A stretch of DNA of 64,000 nucleotides, taken from NCBI RefSeq assembly GCF_028641065.1, contig NC_073400.1, forward strand, positions 5,332,001-5,396,000, given 5' to 3'. This stretch comes from Leucoraja erinacea. Taxonomy: Eukaryota. The translations under genes were made by a program, and so were the position numbers. Shown here one piece after another: positions 24,386 to 37,954 of the stretch (positions within the stretch are counted from its first letter, which is position 1; each line of letters opens with the position of its first letter). The notes under the pieces are model-generated. The model did not search any database. It was not told where the DNA came from and worked only from the letters and a program-made list of their open reading frames with translations.

Positions 24386-25642
24386 TCAAACAAACATTCG
24401 CTCATTGAGTACCGAAAGCTGAACGAGATGTCAGACTATTTAGAAACTGTAGAGGGTTGGGTTAGATGGTTTTGTGGAAGGCTATTGATGGCTATTTTGT
24501 ACACCAATGCTATTTGTGTTCATCTCAGAACAGATGCTGTGCTTTTGGATAGCATTGTTAAGGAAACTCCTAGATGTGAAATGGGAAGAGTCAAGAATGT
24601 GCCTTTGGGGGATATGAGAGTTGACAGTGTTGGAATGGGAAGATAATTCATTCCCAGTGTTTCCTTGCAACAGAGATAAGAGTGGAACTTGGTGAATGTG
24701 AACCATCCAACTGGATAACGATGGATGGACACTGGAGGATCTAACTCTTCTTCATCTTTTATTCAAGTTCAACAAACTGTGTGGTTGTTGCTTCACGGTT
24801 GTTTTTCAAAAAATATGGTTAGACTCAATTCCTCCATGAGCAAGCTCAGAGAATAATGATGACATGTTAATTGTTACTCTTTCCACAGATGCTGTCTGAC
24901 CTGCTGGGTTTTTCCTAGCATTTTCTGTTTTTTTTCTTCTCAGAATTCCAGAATCTGCAGTTTTGTTTTATCATTAGACGTCTAAAAATCCAACCTTCAA
25001 TTCTATCCCCCTCCACCACTTGAGGGGGATTGGGAACACTTTTACGAATGAAAATGGCAGTAAAGTCTGTTGATCGCCAGTCACCATGGGGGAACAGAAT
25101 TAGGACACTTCCATATTCATTAGAGTCATATTTCACCACCAAAAAACAATTACCTGAATATAGTGCGCTAAACAATCTAACAGGACAGCAGAATGAGTGA
25201 AATATTTCTTTATATTTCCTTTGGGATTTTGTTGAGTTTTGTGTAAATGGTTCACACTATTAAATTGCTGATGAAATACTGTTCACTGTGATAACTGATG
25301 CAAATTGATTTATAAATCATTAACCGCTTGAGGCTTGTGTTTCCTTTGCATGTTTTGACCATGTGTCTGTTGTCTGCTCCACATCTGATACCAATCTCCC
25401 TGCACTGGCACCTTGCCTGATGCAGAATTCAACAGATGTTTAAATGTTAAAATTATGTTAAATGCTATTTTTGTTTCTTGTTAAATGACCGAATGTTAAA
25501 GCCATTGACTCTCGGCAAAGTAATGCAGATGACATGAGCATAGAAAAAGGAGAGGACAATTTAGACCTTTTATTTGTTGAGATCATAACATGGTTCTACA
25601 TATCTTTGCCCCATCACTTAAAAAATGTGGGCAATCAACAAT

Positions 25643-25997
25643 TAGAAACATAGAAACATAGAAAATAGGTGCAGGAGGAGGCCATTCAGCCCTTCGAGCC
25701 AGCACCGCCATTCATTGTGATCATGGCTGATCGTCCCCTATCAATAACCCGTGCCTTGCTTCTCCCCATATCCCTTGATTCCACTAGCCCCTAGAGCTCT
25801 ATCTAACTCTGTCTTAAATCCATCCAGTGACTTGGCCTCCACTGCCCTCTGTGGCAGGGAATTCCATAAATTCACAACTCTCTGGGTGAAAAAGTTTTTT
25901 CTCACCTCAGTCTTAAATGACCTCCCCTTTATTCTAAGACTGTGGCCCCTGGTTCTGGACTCGCTCAACATTGGGAACATTTTTCCTACATCTAGCT
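25643..25997 (-). mobile_element. CR1 3' fragment
   Basis: ORF 25741-25980 SRTRGHSLRIKG..FFTQRVVNLWNSLPQ, with (TTCTATGT)n tail. Confidence 0.92.
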
Positions 25998-26674
25998 GAT
26001 GGGATTCCTGATGGGGTAAATATCACGACTACTGTTGAAGGTGTATTCATGCTGGCATGTGGGAAGTGTTCCATTAAGCTCCTGACTTGTGCCTTGTAGA
26101 TGGATGCCTGTTCTGTTTGTATGGCTGGTTAAGGTTCAGAAAGTAATAGGTTCCCATAATAGCAGAAACGCTCTCTCACTCTCTCTCTCTCTCTCTCTAC
26201 CCCATCATGTTTTATTGGACCACTTCTCAGCTATTTATTTCCTCGGGAAACAAACTGACCTTTTACCATCTGTTTTGCAATTTAAGGTGTTGAGCCTCTT
26301 TATCAATAAGTGGTCAGCTGGAGATTGGGGAATTTCACTCTGGGAATGTTAAGGAAGTATGAGTGTGTAATGATCGCGCCGATGTCAAAGGTAAGACTGG
26401 CCAAATACAAGCCATCCGATTTCATGCTGGATTTTGTAACACTTAAGGAAGGGAACCTCATGGTTGAGGAAAATTCGTCAGAGGGCAGGTAAATTGGGAC
26501 AAGGATACAAACAAGATTCAATATGTAATCAATATCTAAATTTGAAAGTTATTTGCAGTAGTACTCACACCAATAATGATTTTAACTCAATTAGCGATAA
26601 CTCTATATTAGAACCAAATAAACATGAAGTTTTTTCCCCTATATATCAATGTTATTTTTTCTAACACAAAAAAT

Positions 26675-26772
26675 CAGTCTGAAGAAGTGTCTGGGACTAA
26701 AACGTCACCCATTCCTTCTATCGAGAGATGCTGCCTGTCCCGCTGAGTTATTCCAGCATTTTGTGTATCTTC
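26675..26772 (+). mobile_element. PLE terminal repeat with degenerate hammerhead
   Basis: CAGTCTGAAGAAGTGTCTGGGACTAAAACGTCACCCATTCC... Confidence 0.75.
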
Positions 26773-26949
26773 AAGAATTTCTTTCAGATCAGTAAGCAAT
26801 AAATGACTCCTATTAATTAATATTAGTAATTGGTTCAATGACATGATACCATCTGTAATTATGGATTCAGCAAACAATATTATTTTGCATTCATTATTAA
26901 TGAACTTGGAAACAAATAAAACAGAACTTAAAATTAAGAAATCTATCTC

Positions 26950-28255
26950 TGCTAATGCCAATAGCCAATAACCCTTCGTTTAAACCCTCAACTATAGATA
27001 AATCATTTACACAATGGGAAAGAACGGGAATCAAAACGCTCGGAGACCTGTATGAATCAGGGAAATTATTACCATTTCAACAATTACAACTGAAATATAA
27101 CTTGAAAAATAATCAATATTTTAAATATCTTCAAACCCGTGATTATCTGAAAAAATATACAAAAGACTATTATAATATGCCCCCAGACTTATTAGATGAA
27201 GCCATGAAGATAGGCTGAATCAGCAAATTAATATCATACTTATATAATATTATATTGAATATAGAAATACCTACAACGGATAATATTAGAAGAGATTGGG
27301 AACAAGAATTAGCTATAAAAATTTCAAAAGAGAGCTGGGATAAACACTTACTATATGTGCATAAATGCTCGATCAACATACGACATACTCTAATCCAATA
27401 TAAAACATTACACAGACTATATTATTCAAAAACTAAAATAAATAAACTCTTCCCCAATGTCTCACACACTTGTGATAAATGTCAGGTACAAGAAGCTAAC
27501 ATAGCGCACTCTTTTGTTTTCTGTATAAAAATTCAAAAATTCTGGAACGAAATATTTGAAATCTTTACAAAATTATTTAAAACAAAACTACTACCCAGAG
27601 TAGAATGGATCATTTTTGGAATATCGGAAGGTAACCCTGAATTAAATATGTTTCAAAAGAACTTACTTAATTATGGGCTAATAATCGGAAAAAAGCTTAT
27701 ACTTAAATTTTGGAAAAATGCTCCAATACCAACAACAAAAATGTGGATTTCAAACATGTTCGAAACATTACACTTGGAAGAGATGAGACTCCTCCTAGCA
27801 GGTAAAGCAGATCAATTCCAAAAGACGTGGTCTGCATTTATGGAATTATTACAAGCTAAGGTGCAATAATAAGTTAAAATATAAAGGCTATCAGGACCGG
27901 GTAATGGGGGGTATAACATATATTTTTAATAAAAATATGGTTGGTATATCCTTTTTTGCAGAGTTTTGTGTTACAATAGAGCGACTGATTTTCCTTTTTT
28001 CCTTTTTTTTCTTTTCTTTCTAGGGTCTTAATTATTTTCTTTGCTTCCTTCTGTAATTCCTTCCCTAAGGGGTTCTTTTCTCCCCACACTTTCCTGCACC
28101 TTCACGATTCTTGCTTACTTTTCTTACTTCTTTTATTTCTTTCTCTTTTAAAGCTCAAAAAATGAAGTGGTACAACATAATGTAATAAGATATATGCGAT
28201 GTATTAATGTGATTTACTGTACTGCTAATAAAAATAAAATTAAAAAAAAATAAAA
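26950..28255 (+). mobile_element. L1/Tx1-clade LINE 3' end (ORF2 C-terminal zinc-binding region, 3' UTR, polyA)
   Basis: ORFs 26955-27218 and 27255-27869 (WERTGIKTLGDL; QYKTLHRLYY; CDKC..AHSFVFC..IQKFW; KKLILKFWK), split by a stop. T-rich UTR, AATAAA at ~28227 and an A-rich tail. Confidence 0.88.
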
Positions 28256-28810
28256 ATTATTAATGCAGTTGCTCATTGATAGTTTTTTTCTATTGATAAC
28301 TATTCCTTAAATCAATTCATGCCCTGTACCAATAATATAAGGATCTTCAATCATTAATAACATGTTATATCAATAGATGGATGTTACAATGAATAATTAT
28401 AACATTCACATCAATAACTAATATCTGCCCATCAATAATTAAAGCCTTGAGATCAATGCAAGGAAATTAATGAATTTCGCCAATAATTAATAGGTATTCT
28501 TCAAAAATTAATCCATTTGCTTAATAATTAATTATTTTCCATCAATTATTAATCTTATTACTTCATGAATTGCTCTTACATTAATAACTAACTTTCCTAC
28601 ACTACGACACACAGCGATAAATGTGAAAAAGATTGAAAGGATGAAAAAGAAAACAACCTTTTGCTGAATGGTTGACAAATTATAAATTCCTGGCTGCCCC
28701 GTCAAACATTGGCCGCAGGGCTATTTATCTGTGAATTTATGCATAACAATAGGACTCATTCTTAAACTGTATCTGCTTCTCTGGGAAAGGTTTGCCTATC
28801 ATCTACTCAC

Positions 28811-29088
28811 CATCCTGCCGCATCGGTTATTGTGGAGATTCATCAGTGCCCTGGCATCTTTCTCCTTCTTCTCCTTAGCATCTACGAAGGCCTTGGAGAA
28901 CTTGATTCCGTAGTTGATGTTGTCACTGCAGCCTCCCCAGTCAAATTCCCCTCTCAGGTCCCGGGCCTTGCCCCTCTTGCGTGGGTCACAGCCACAGGTA
29001 TTCAGGTCCCCTTGGCTACAGGCCCGTGTGAGAGCATACACAACCCCAGCAGACGATATGGCATAGACAAAAGCAGCCTCTCTGCTAC
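28811..29088 (-). CDS. wnt2b: wnt2b coding exon 3 (278 nt)
   Basis: CAG acceptor 29091-29089. Encodes [27 protein letters not shown]...[13 protein letters not shown]...[22 protein letters not shown] donor at 28810-28805. Confidence 0.97.
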
Positions 29089-29639
29089 CTGGAGGAGAAA
29101 GGAAGGAACGATGTGAGGATAGCTAGAATCGGACCGCAACAATCCCGCGCAGCAAGGTGGAGGAACAATTAGTCCTGGTTTGGTTCTCTTTTTATTATTC
29201 ACATAGGAGCAGCATTAGCAATGTCAGTATATCCCTAGCTGTCCTTGAGTAGATTGGGGTGGTCTTCTTGAACTGTTGCCATCAGTTGGGTGATCTGGTC
29301 CAGCTGGTTACAATGTTAATATGGTTTGACGGACCAGAGATGGTAAAGTTACCTCTAACAGGGGAGGAATAAAAAACTAAGAAGATATAAGGTTACAGAT
29401 CACATATAAACCCTGGTCTGATGTCAGATCAGAAGCTGTCATTGTTTAGTCAGTGAAGCTATTAAGATTGAGTTTTTTTAATTTGGTACCAGTGGACACT
29501 TGTTGTAAGATTATTGACCCAAATATTATGTTGGTCAATAATTACACATGACGTTTGGCCTGTTGTGTACTTCTACCTGGTTTTGCTTTGTGAATTGGAA
29601 CTACAGTATGCGTGGAGCATATTGCAGCATTGATATAAC

Positions 29640-29845
29640 TGAGCAAAGCTCAAAGTGCAGGAAGAACTCAGTGGGTCAGGCAGCATTTTTGGAGGGAAGG
29701 GAGAGGTGGCGTTTCGGGTCAGGATCCTTCTTCAGACTTGAAATGTCACCAGTCCATTCCCTTCACAGATGTTGCCTGACCTGCTGAGTTTCTCCCACAT
29801 TTTCTGTTTTGCTCAAGATTCCAGCATCTACTTTTCCTTATGTCT
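29640..29845. mobile_element. Older PLE fold-back repeat
   Basis: Degenerate inverted arms around GTTTCGGGTCAGGATCCTTCTTCAGAC. Confidence 0.65.
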
Positions 29846-32489
29846 CCAGTGATCTCAATGGATTGGATCAAGGTGCTGAATGGTTTTTATCTTGTTCCTA
29901 GATTGCAATATTGGCAGGTTTCTTTTGTTTTGTTGCATCTACAAGCAGAGAGACAAAAGTAGACTATACATACAGCTTCTTTATTGAAGACTGTAACTTT
30001 CAAATAATGTAATTTTTCTGCAGTCATACTGTGGTTATAGAAATCAAATCTTAAAGGTAACTCCAACACATACACTATAATACTTTGATAAGATTCTACA
30101 ATACTGTTAGGTTGTGAATTCTAGGATTTTTTTACACAACAAGATGTTGAATGGCTTGGAGGAAAACACAGGTGAGGTAATTGAGAGGCCAATGACCTGT
30201 AATATTAACTCTGCTCTCCTTCCACAGATGCTGCCTGACCTGCCGGGTATTTCCAGCATTTTCTGTTTTTATTTTAGACGCGATGATGTTTCCTTGCACC
30301 TGCTGCCCTTGGCGACAGAGGTCGGAGATTTGAGAGGTGCGGCCAATAAGGCCCTGAGAGAGGGAGGTGAAACATTCACAGTGATAGCTGGATTACACTG
30401 CAAGGTTGTGGCCAATGTGAACCAGTTCTCCATTCTCATTCTCCACATTGTGCCGTGCATTTTTAGCAGGCTGGAGGACAATTTATTGGGGCTGAAGTAG
30501 GAGACAGAGACCCGCGGAAGGGATACCGTTTCTTCTCTCTGTTTAAACTTGACCAGCAGCGAGTTCAACATTGTTCTTAAAGTCAAAAATAAAAGAATTG
30601 ACTGCCATCAGCAGCCAGTGAACAGAACATCACGCACACAGGCCAACTATCCCTGGGAAGTGTGATAAAGGCGCCTGCAATGTAACTCATTATTATTTAT
30701 TCATATCTTTGAGGATCTGGGCCATCGTTGACAAGGCCAGCATTCACTCCCTGTCCCTCATTGCCTTTGACCTTGCTAGTCAATGCAGATTTAACCACAT
30801 TGGTGCAATATGAAGTCATAGAACAGCATTCATGAACCTTATGGATTTTTACATTGTTATGTGATTATTTTTCAAAATAAAATTTCCGTATTATTAATTG
30901 GAATGAAGTAGCACAGCTGCCAAGGTTGGATTTTTGAACACTGACATTTAGCGTGTTAAAATTGGATTTCTCGTCCTATAACCATAGAACTAACACTATA
31001 TCCACTCTTTGCATTAAATTCAGGGATAGATTCAAGATCTTTCAGCAGGGAAGCAGAGGACAGCCGCTAATGGTTAAAACTGGAACCACAAGCACATCTA
31101 TAACCGGAAATGTTTAATAGAATTTCTTTTAAACGGCGCTTATCCTGGGGCATTAGAGAAATTTATTTTCATTCCATTCATCCCACACGCAGACTTTTAC
31201 CATTTATTTTCTCATGAAGGGTGTCAAGTTGCACTTACATAATTTATGGAAGGCATCTAACTGTTAACATAGACGCGTAAACAGCAGTAAATCTGTGGCA
31301 GTCCCTCATTCACCAAGAGACACGTTATGTCACGGACTGATTTCACATCACATTCTGGGCTTTGCTGTACTGTGCTAACGCTATTATTTCACCCAGTTCC
31401 TCTCTCACGGTATTTCAGCCTCATTCTCTCTCTTTATTCATTAGCAGGATTGCTGGGAAGGCTGACGTTTATTGTCCATCCTTCATTGCCTTTGGGAAAG
31501 TGGCAGTGAGCCACCATCCATCCATCCATTGTATTTCATCTGGTGAGGATATGCCCACAGTGAAAAGGGAGTTCCAGGATTTAGACTGCAGGATAATGAC
31601 AGAAGAATGATATATTTCCAAGTCAGCGTGGTGTGCAGCATGTCATGGTAATCCCATGTTCTGCTTTGTTAGGTCTGGAGGTTACAGGGTTGGTGAGTTC
31701 TGCAAGAAGCCATGGGGAGTTGCTGCAGTGCATTGTGTAGATGGTGCACAGTGTAGTCATGGTGCATCAGTGGTGAAAAGAGTTCATGTTGAGGGTGTGA
31801 ATCATTCCTGCCTGCTTCTCAGTTCCTGGAGCCTCTATCCTGGTCGATAGCTCTTTGAAAACAAGGCTCAGCCACTGAAGCAGTTCGCAAAAGCTTCCTG
31901 TTTCACATCTTCCCATCTCCCTGACTCGCATTATCCTGCATTCCTGATCTAATTCACGTGCCTTTCACGGAAACAATAACTGATCTTGCAGCTTCCAGAA
32001 AGCCTTCTACAAAATTAATGGTACAGTCCGTTTTGCAGTTTACTTTTAGGGAACATTTGGTGTTTTCCCTTTTCTCACTGAACGTGCCTCGCATAACCTG
32101 GCATCTATCTGTAGATACCTCACTCTGCCATTCTAAACTTGTTTGTGAAGACAATGGATGACTGGCTGTAAGCTTTTTGATCGCAAGGAACATTGATTTC
32201 AAAGCCACAGGTTGTCCTCACCTGACCCAGCATCTGCCATACGTTCTCGTCATCTGTGGTCATTGGCTAATCATGGGGTATATTCGAAACCACAGTGAGA
32301 GTAATCAAGGGGGGAGGGGGATTGGGGGGGGGGGGGGGGGAGGTTCTGTGGAACTAAATATTGATTCATTCAAATGTAAGTCGTCAGATTTCTCTCAGAT
32401 AATAACATGTTGGAATACAGAAGAGGAGTAAGTTGAGATGTCATCATAATTATAATCCATGTATGTGCTTTGTGCCTGTGGTTGATTAG

Positions 32490-32627
32490 TCTGGGTGTCA
32501 AGGGTTATGGGGAGAAGGCAGGAAAATGGGGTTAGGAGGGAGAGACAGATCAGCCATGATTGAATGGCGGAGTAGACTTGATGGGCTGATTGGCCTGATT
32601 CTGCTCCTACCATTCATGACCTTATGA
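32490..32627 (+). mobile_element. Short CR1 3' end
   Basis: GGTTATGGGGAGAAGGCAGG..CAGCCATGATTGAATGGCGG, with (ATGACCTT)n tail. Confidence 0.8.
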
Positions 32628-33358
32628 CCTATTAATAGTGTGGGTTTGTTGAAGACATTGGTCGCAATGATTAATAAGGTGTTTACAAAGGCAACCTCTT
32701 CATTGTCTGGAGATCTGCCCCGAATGAACACAGAAGGGATGGGTGTGGTGTTCAAGGGAGGAAGCATGAATGGTGTTGATGCATTACAAGGGAATGTGTT
32801 GAACGGATGGTGCATTGAATGTGGAGAATGACATATATATTCCTGGTTGTGTTCACTCTATGTATTATGAATAAAATATTTTTCTGGTAAAAAGAACGAA
32901 GGTGTTTTGTAAGGGAAAGAAGCGGAAGGATTGGTGAAGGAATTTCAGATATTAGATCCTTGGCAACTGAAGGCAAGTGGTGGATGTACAGGGAGAGAGA
33001 TAGTTGAGGCTTTGGAAATACGCATGGCTTGAGAAAGCTGCAGGGAGAGGGGACGATAGGGCCATGGAAGATTTGAAAACAAAAATTTGAATTCTGAAAC
33101 TTTCCATACCTTAAAATATCCTCCGAGACAAAAGACTATCAATATCAGGACTAAACATTCCAACTGACTCCCAATATCCACAGCATCTTGGAGCTGGAAT
33201 CTCCAGATGCACATCCTCCATTCTGTGAAAAAATGCTTTAAATCCTGAAAGATTTAATTCCAATACCCCCCCAATTCACTTTCACCCTCTAAGGAAATAA
33301 TCAACACCGCTGAATCTCTTTATCAATTTGATTAACTGGAACTCGCATTATACTATGT

Positions 33359-33564
33359 GTAGGAAGGAACTGCAGATGCTGGTTTACACCAAAGATAGAC
33401 ACACAATGCTGGGGTAACTCAGCAGGACAGGCAGCATCTCTGGAGAGAAGGAATGGGTGCAGTTTCGGGTCTGAAGAAGGGTCTCAAACCGAGACGTCAC
33501 CCATTCCTTCTCTCTGGATATGTTGCATGTCCTGCTGAGTTACCCCAGCATTTGTGTCTATTTT
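33359..33564. mobile_element. PLE fold-back insert with 13-bp TSD
   Basis: CATTATACTATGT at 33346-33358 and 33565-33577. Inverted arms meet at TTTCGGGT|CTGAAGAAGGG. Confidence 0.88.
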
Positions 33565-33629
33565 CATTATACTATGTTAGTTGTGGCCATGATTGGAAAT
33601 AGCAACCGTAAGATATAGAGTGATGAGAA

Positions 33630-33643
33630 GGGGGTGGGGGGAT

Positions 33644-33689
<46 letters not shown>

Positions 33690-33693
33690 GGGG
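33630..33693 (+). repeat. Long poly-G tract (G-quadruplex potential)
   Basis: About 45 consecutive G. Other G/C runs at ~2025-2048, 4484-4507, 7878-7898, 22834-22850, 32310-32343 and 54648-54707. Confidence 0.85.
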
Positions 33694-34403
33694 TCTGGAT
33701 TAGCGCTGGGGTAGAAATAAAGCCTTTTCCTTCACAGTTTCTGACAGGGACCTATGCAAATAATTTCAACTAGTCACAGCTTGAATTATCTCTGTTTGAC
33801 TTTTCACCAGTTTGCCTCTGGAAATATTTATATCTTCTTATTACTGTTTACACATCTCGACACAGAGGCATGCTCCAACCAGTGACTTGAGGAGATGAGC
33901 CCGCTGCCTGAACTCTTGTAAAACTCTTGCCCTGTTCACATATGTTTACGTAGCGATGAAAACACAGTTGTTGATCAAAACAGCTCTGATGGAACATTCA
34001 TATTTTCCCTGGACTTATCCATACATGGAACCAAATCCTTGTGCCTCTGCAGTTTCCACTTGAAAACAACATCATGCTGCTGGGGTCCAGATGTAAATGA
34101 AACAATATTTTAATTTATATAATCCCCTTATGACACTGAATGTCATTTAAAGCAATAAAGGACTTTTTGAGTGAAGTCGCTTCTGTTAAGTAGGAAATAT
34201 TGAGGTCACTTTGTACGGAGCAAGATTTCTTAGACAGCAACCCTCATAATGGCCTGATAATGGCCTCACATGAGACAGCAAACTGATGGTGCATGGGTGG
34301 TATTGGGCATGGCTGGTTAGTGCTTGGCCTTCCTGCTGCTATGTTCCATCATAAACAGTCCACACACCCAGTCCACACACACGCACAAACATCATTTCTG
34401 TAG

Positions 34404-34580
34404 GCAGGCACAAAATGCTGGAGTGACTCAGTGGGGCAGGCAGCATCTCTGGAGAGAGACGTTTCAGTCGAGACCCTTCAGTCCAAAGAGACCCTTCTTC
34501 CGTCTGAAGGGTCCCGCTGAGTTGCTCCAGCATTTTGTGTCACCCTTAGATGTAAACCAGCATCTGCAGTTCCTTCCTAC
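34404..34580. mobile_element. PLE fold-back insert with 15-bp TSD
   Basis: ACATCATTTCTGTAG at 34389-34403 and 34581-34595. Confidence 0.88.
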
Positions 34581-35369
34581 ACATCATTTCTGTAGAATTA
34601 GTTAATGGAAATCAAGGCCTAGATCATAAGGGTCGTTAGGTCATAAGGGATAGGAGTATGCTGCACGACCCACTGATTTTCTCCAGCACCTCTCATTATT
34701 TTATTTATGATGAAAATCAAATAGATCATGGGTAACGTGCCATGGGTTGCTCAGGTGGCAGAATTGAGAGACACTTGTTGAGTGATGAGGAGATGTGGAC
34801 TAGGAGCTTGGGGAATAGAGTCTTGTCAAAAGATTGTGTCAGGACATTGGATTAATTGGACATTGCTCATGTCGAGAGAGGAGATATATGAGCACAAGGA
34901 GTGGAAGGGAGACTGGGAGTGTGATCTAACTGGGGTCTGAAGATTGGGGCATTGGGTACATATCACACTGTCCGTGAATGATATCAGCAAAGAGGTTTAG
35001 AAATGAGAGCAAGTTACAACGTTAAAGAGGACTATCCTTTGAAAAGACCTAATGGCCATCATTGTATGTGTCTGAAGCCGGCCTCTACTGCCCTGGACCT
35101 GATCAGTGTCTGTGGCATTTCCTATGCTGCTTACAGACTAGTTATGTGAAAATGAATTTTTTGCAAGTAACATCAAAATGTGTGTTGCACATTGATTGAG
35201 ATGACTAGGAGTGCCAGTGGCCTCCGTGCATTGTGCCAAATAAATAAAGGACACACAAGTAGTTTTGGGGGCTGCATGTTAAGGACACATTAAGGATGCA
35301 ATTAAGCATTTTGACCAGGACACCTGCAGAAGCATAAGAACATTAAAAACCAAAGCCAGAGTAGGAAAA

Positions 35370-35895
35370 TTCACCCTAATTTGAGGAAGGACATTCTGGC
35401 TATTGAGGGAGTGCAGCGTAGGTTTACAAGGTTAATTCCCGGGATGGCGGGACTGTCATATGCTGAGAGAATGGAGCAGCTGGGCTTGTACACTCTGGAG
35501 TTTAGAAGGATGAGAGGATATCTCATTGAAACATACAAGAAACATACGCTAGAGGCAAGAAACATGTTCCCGATGTTGGGGGAGTTAAGAACCAGGGGCC
35601 ACAGTTTAAGAATAAGGAGTAAGCCATTTAGAATGGAGAAGAGGAAACACTTTTTCCTCACAGAGAGTGGTGAGTCTGTGGAATTCTCTGCCTCAGAGGG
35701 TGGAGGAGGCGGGTTCTCTGGATGCTTTCAAGAGAGAGCTAGATGGGGTTCTTAAAAATAGCAGAGTCAGGGGGTATGGGGAGAAGGCAGGAACGGGGTA
35801 CTGATTGGGGATGATCAGCCATGATCACATTGAATGGCGGTGCTGGCTCAAAGGGCCAAATGGCCTACTCCTGCACCTATTGTCTATTGTCTATT
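35370..35895 (+). mobile_element. CR1 3' fragment
   Basis: RKDILAIEGVQRRFTRLIPGM...; (TATTGTC)n tail. Confidence 0.92.
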
Positions 35896-36338
35896 ATTAT
35901 TATCTAAAATTGACCCCTTGAGCTTGCTACGCCATTCTATAAGGTCCAATCTTGGTTTCACCACCATTTCCCCACTCTCTCCCCATAATCCTTGACTCTC
36001 TTGAAGTTCAAGCATTTCCACCTCAAAAATATTCAATGACTGTCTTCACACTCTCAGGGGCAAGAATTCCAATGATTCACAAAACACTGAAAGAACAAAT
36101 CTGCATCATTTCCATCTTAAACGGAACATCACCTATTCTAAAACTGTCTGTTATTTCTAGATAGTCTCATTAGGGATATATCCTCTAACATTCACCCCCT
36201 CAGAATCTTACGCTTTTCTATAAAATCATGTTGTGTTATTTGCCTAACTTTCAGTGAGTATAGTCCCAACCTCTCTAATACTTCAATCTCTTCATCACAG
36301 GAATCATCCCTATGAACCTTCCTGCACTGCTCTAATGC

Positions 36339-36897
36339 ATGTTGTACAGGGCTCTGGTGAGACCACATCTGGAGTATTGCATGCAGTGTTGGTCTCCTAA
36401 CTTGAGAACGGACATACTGTTCACGAGGTTAATCCCCGGGATGGCGGGACTGTCATGTGAGGAAAGATTGGAAAGACTGGGCTTGTATTCACTGGAATTT
36501 AGAAGGATGAGAGGGAATCTGAGAGAAACATAAAATTATCAAAGGACTGGACAAGCTAGATGCAGGAAACATGTTCCCAATGTTTTGGAAGTCCAGAACT
36601 AGGGGGCCACAGTCTAAGAATAAAGGGAAGGCCATTTAAAACTGAGATGAGAAAAAAGTTTTCACCCAAAGAGTTGTGAATTTGTGGAATTCTCGGCCGC
36701 AGAAGGCAGTGGAGGCCAATTCACTGGATGAATTTAAAAGAGAGTTAGATAGAGCTCTTGGGGCTAGCGGAATCAAGGGTTATGAGGAGAAGGCAGGCAC
36801 GAGTTACTGATTGTGGATGATCAGCCATGATCACAATGAATGATGGTGCTGGCTCGAAGGGCTGAATGGCCTACTCCTACTTCTATGTTTCTATGTA
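36339..36897 (+). mobile_element. CR1 3' fragment inside an older opposite-strand CR1 (~35900-37030)
   Basis: LYRALVRPHLEYCMQCWSP...; (TTCTATGT)n tail. Confidence 0.9.
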
Positions 36898-37095
36898 TCC
36901 TTCCGTGAACATGGACATCAAAACAATGCACAGCACTTCAGATTTGGTATCTATACTTTTAAACTCTATAGCTATTGTAATAAAAGCCAGTATTACATAA
37001 GCCTTCCTGATTATTTGCTGTCCCTGTACAATATATAAGTACATACATACATCAATAAAGAAAAAAAAAGAGACACAATGTAGTATATAGACTAT

Positions 37096-37249
37096 GCAGG
37101 AAGGAACTACAGATGCTGGTTAAACCGAAGATAGCCACAAAAAGCTGGAGTAACTCAGCGGTTCAGACAGCATCCCTGGAGAAAATCTATTCCTTTTCTC
37201 CAGAGATGCTGTCTGACCCCCTGAGTTACTCCAGCTTTTTGTGTCTACC
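37096..37249. mobile_element. PLE fold-back insert lacking the hammerhead core
   Basis: Inverted arms, with near-duplicated flanks TGTAGTATATAGACT / TGTAATATATAGTCT. Confidence 0.75.
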
Positions 37250-37954
37250 TGTAATATATAGTCTTACAGCTAGAATAAAGTACAGATAAAATAGTGCAAG
37301 GACTGTAATGGGATAGATTGAGAGATCAAGAATTTATCTTGAATTATACTGCAACATTTTGTGGTCTCTTTGTTCTTAATATTTCCTTCCAAAGTGGATA
37401 ACCACATATTTTCTTCCATTCATATTATGTTCCATCTACGCACTCCCTTGTATCAGTTTGCAGTCTCTTTGTGTCTTACTTACAACTTGTTAACCCAACT
37501 ATCTTCATACCATGAACAGATCAGGTTACATTACACTTGCTCCCTCACTCACATCATTAAAATGGACTGTACGCAGTTAAAGCTCCAGCATTGATTCCTG
37601 TGGGACCCCATTAGCTGTTCATGTTTAATCCAACAATGACCAATTTATCTTGATTTTCTGTATTTTGTTCATTACTCAATCTTGTACCCATGCCAATATT
37701 TTACTCGTAACCCTGCACGCTCTTAACTATTTATGTAAACATTTATGTGACACCATGCCAAATAGCTTATATACCCTACATCTACTAGCTTACCTTTATC
37801 TATCCTGTTTGTTACATAGTGTCCATGCTGATCACCTATCAATAGTGTGTTCCAGATGGCAAACAATTACTGGGTGAAAAATATTATTTATTCAGACTAA
37901 CTCGTTTACTCCTGAGTGTAAGGTTTTGCTCGTGGGTGTTAGATGCGTCTGTCA

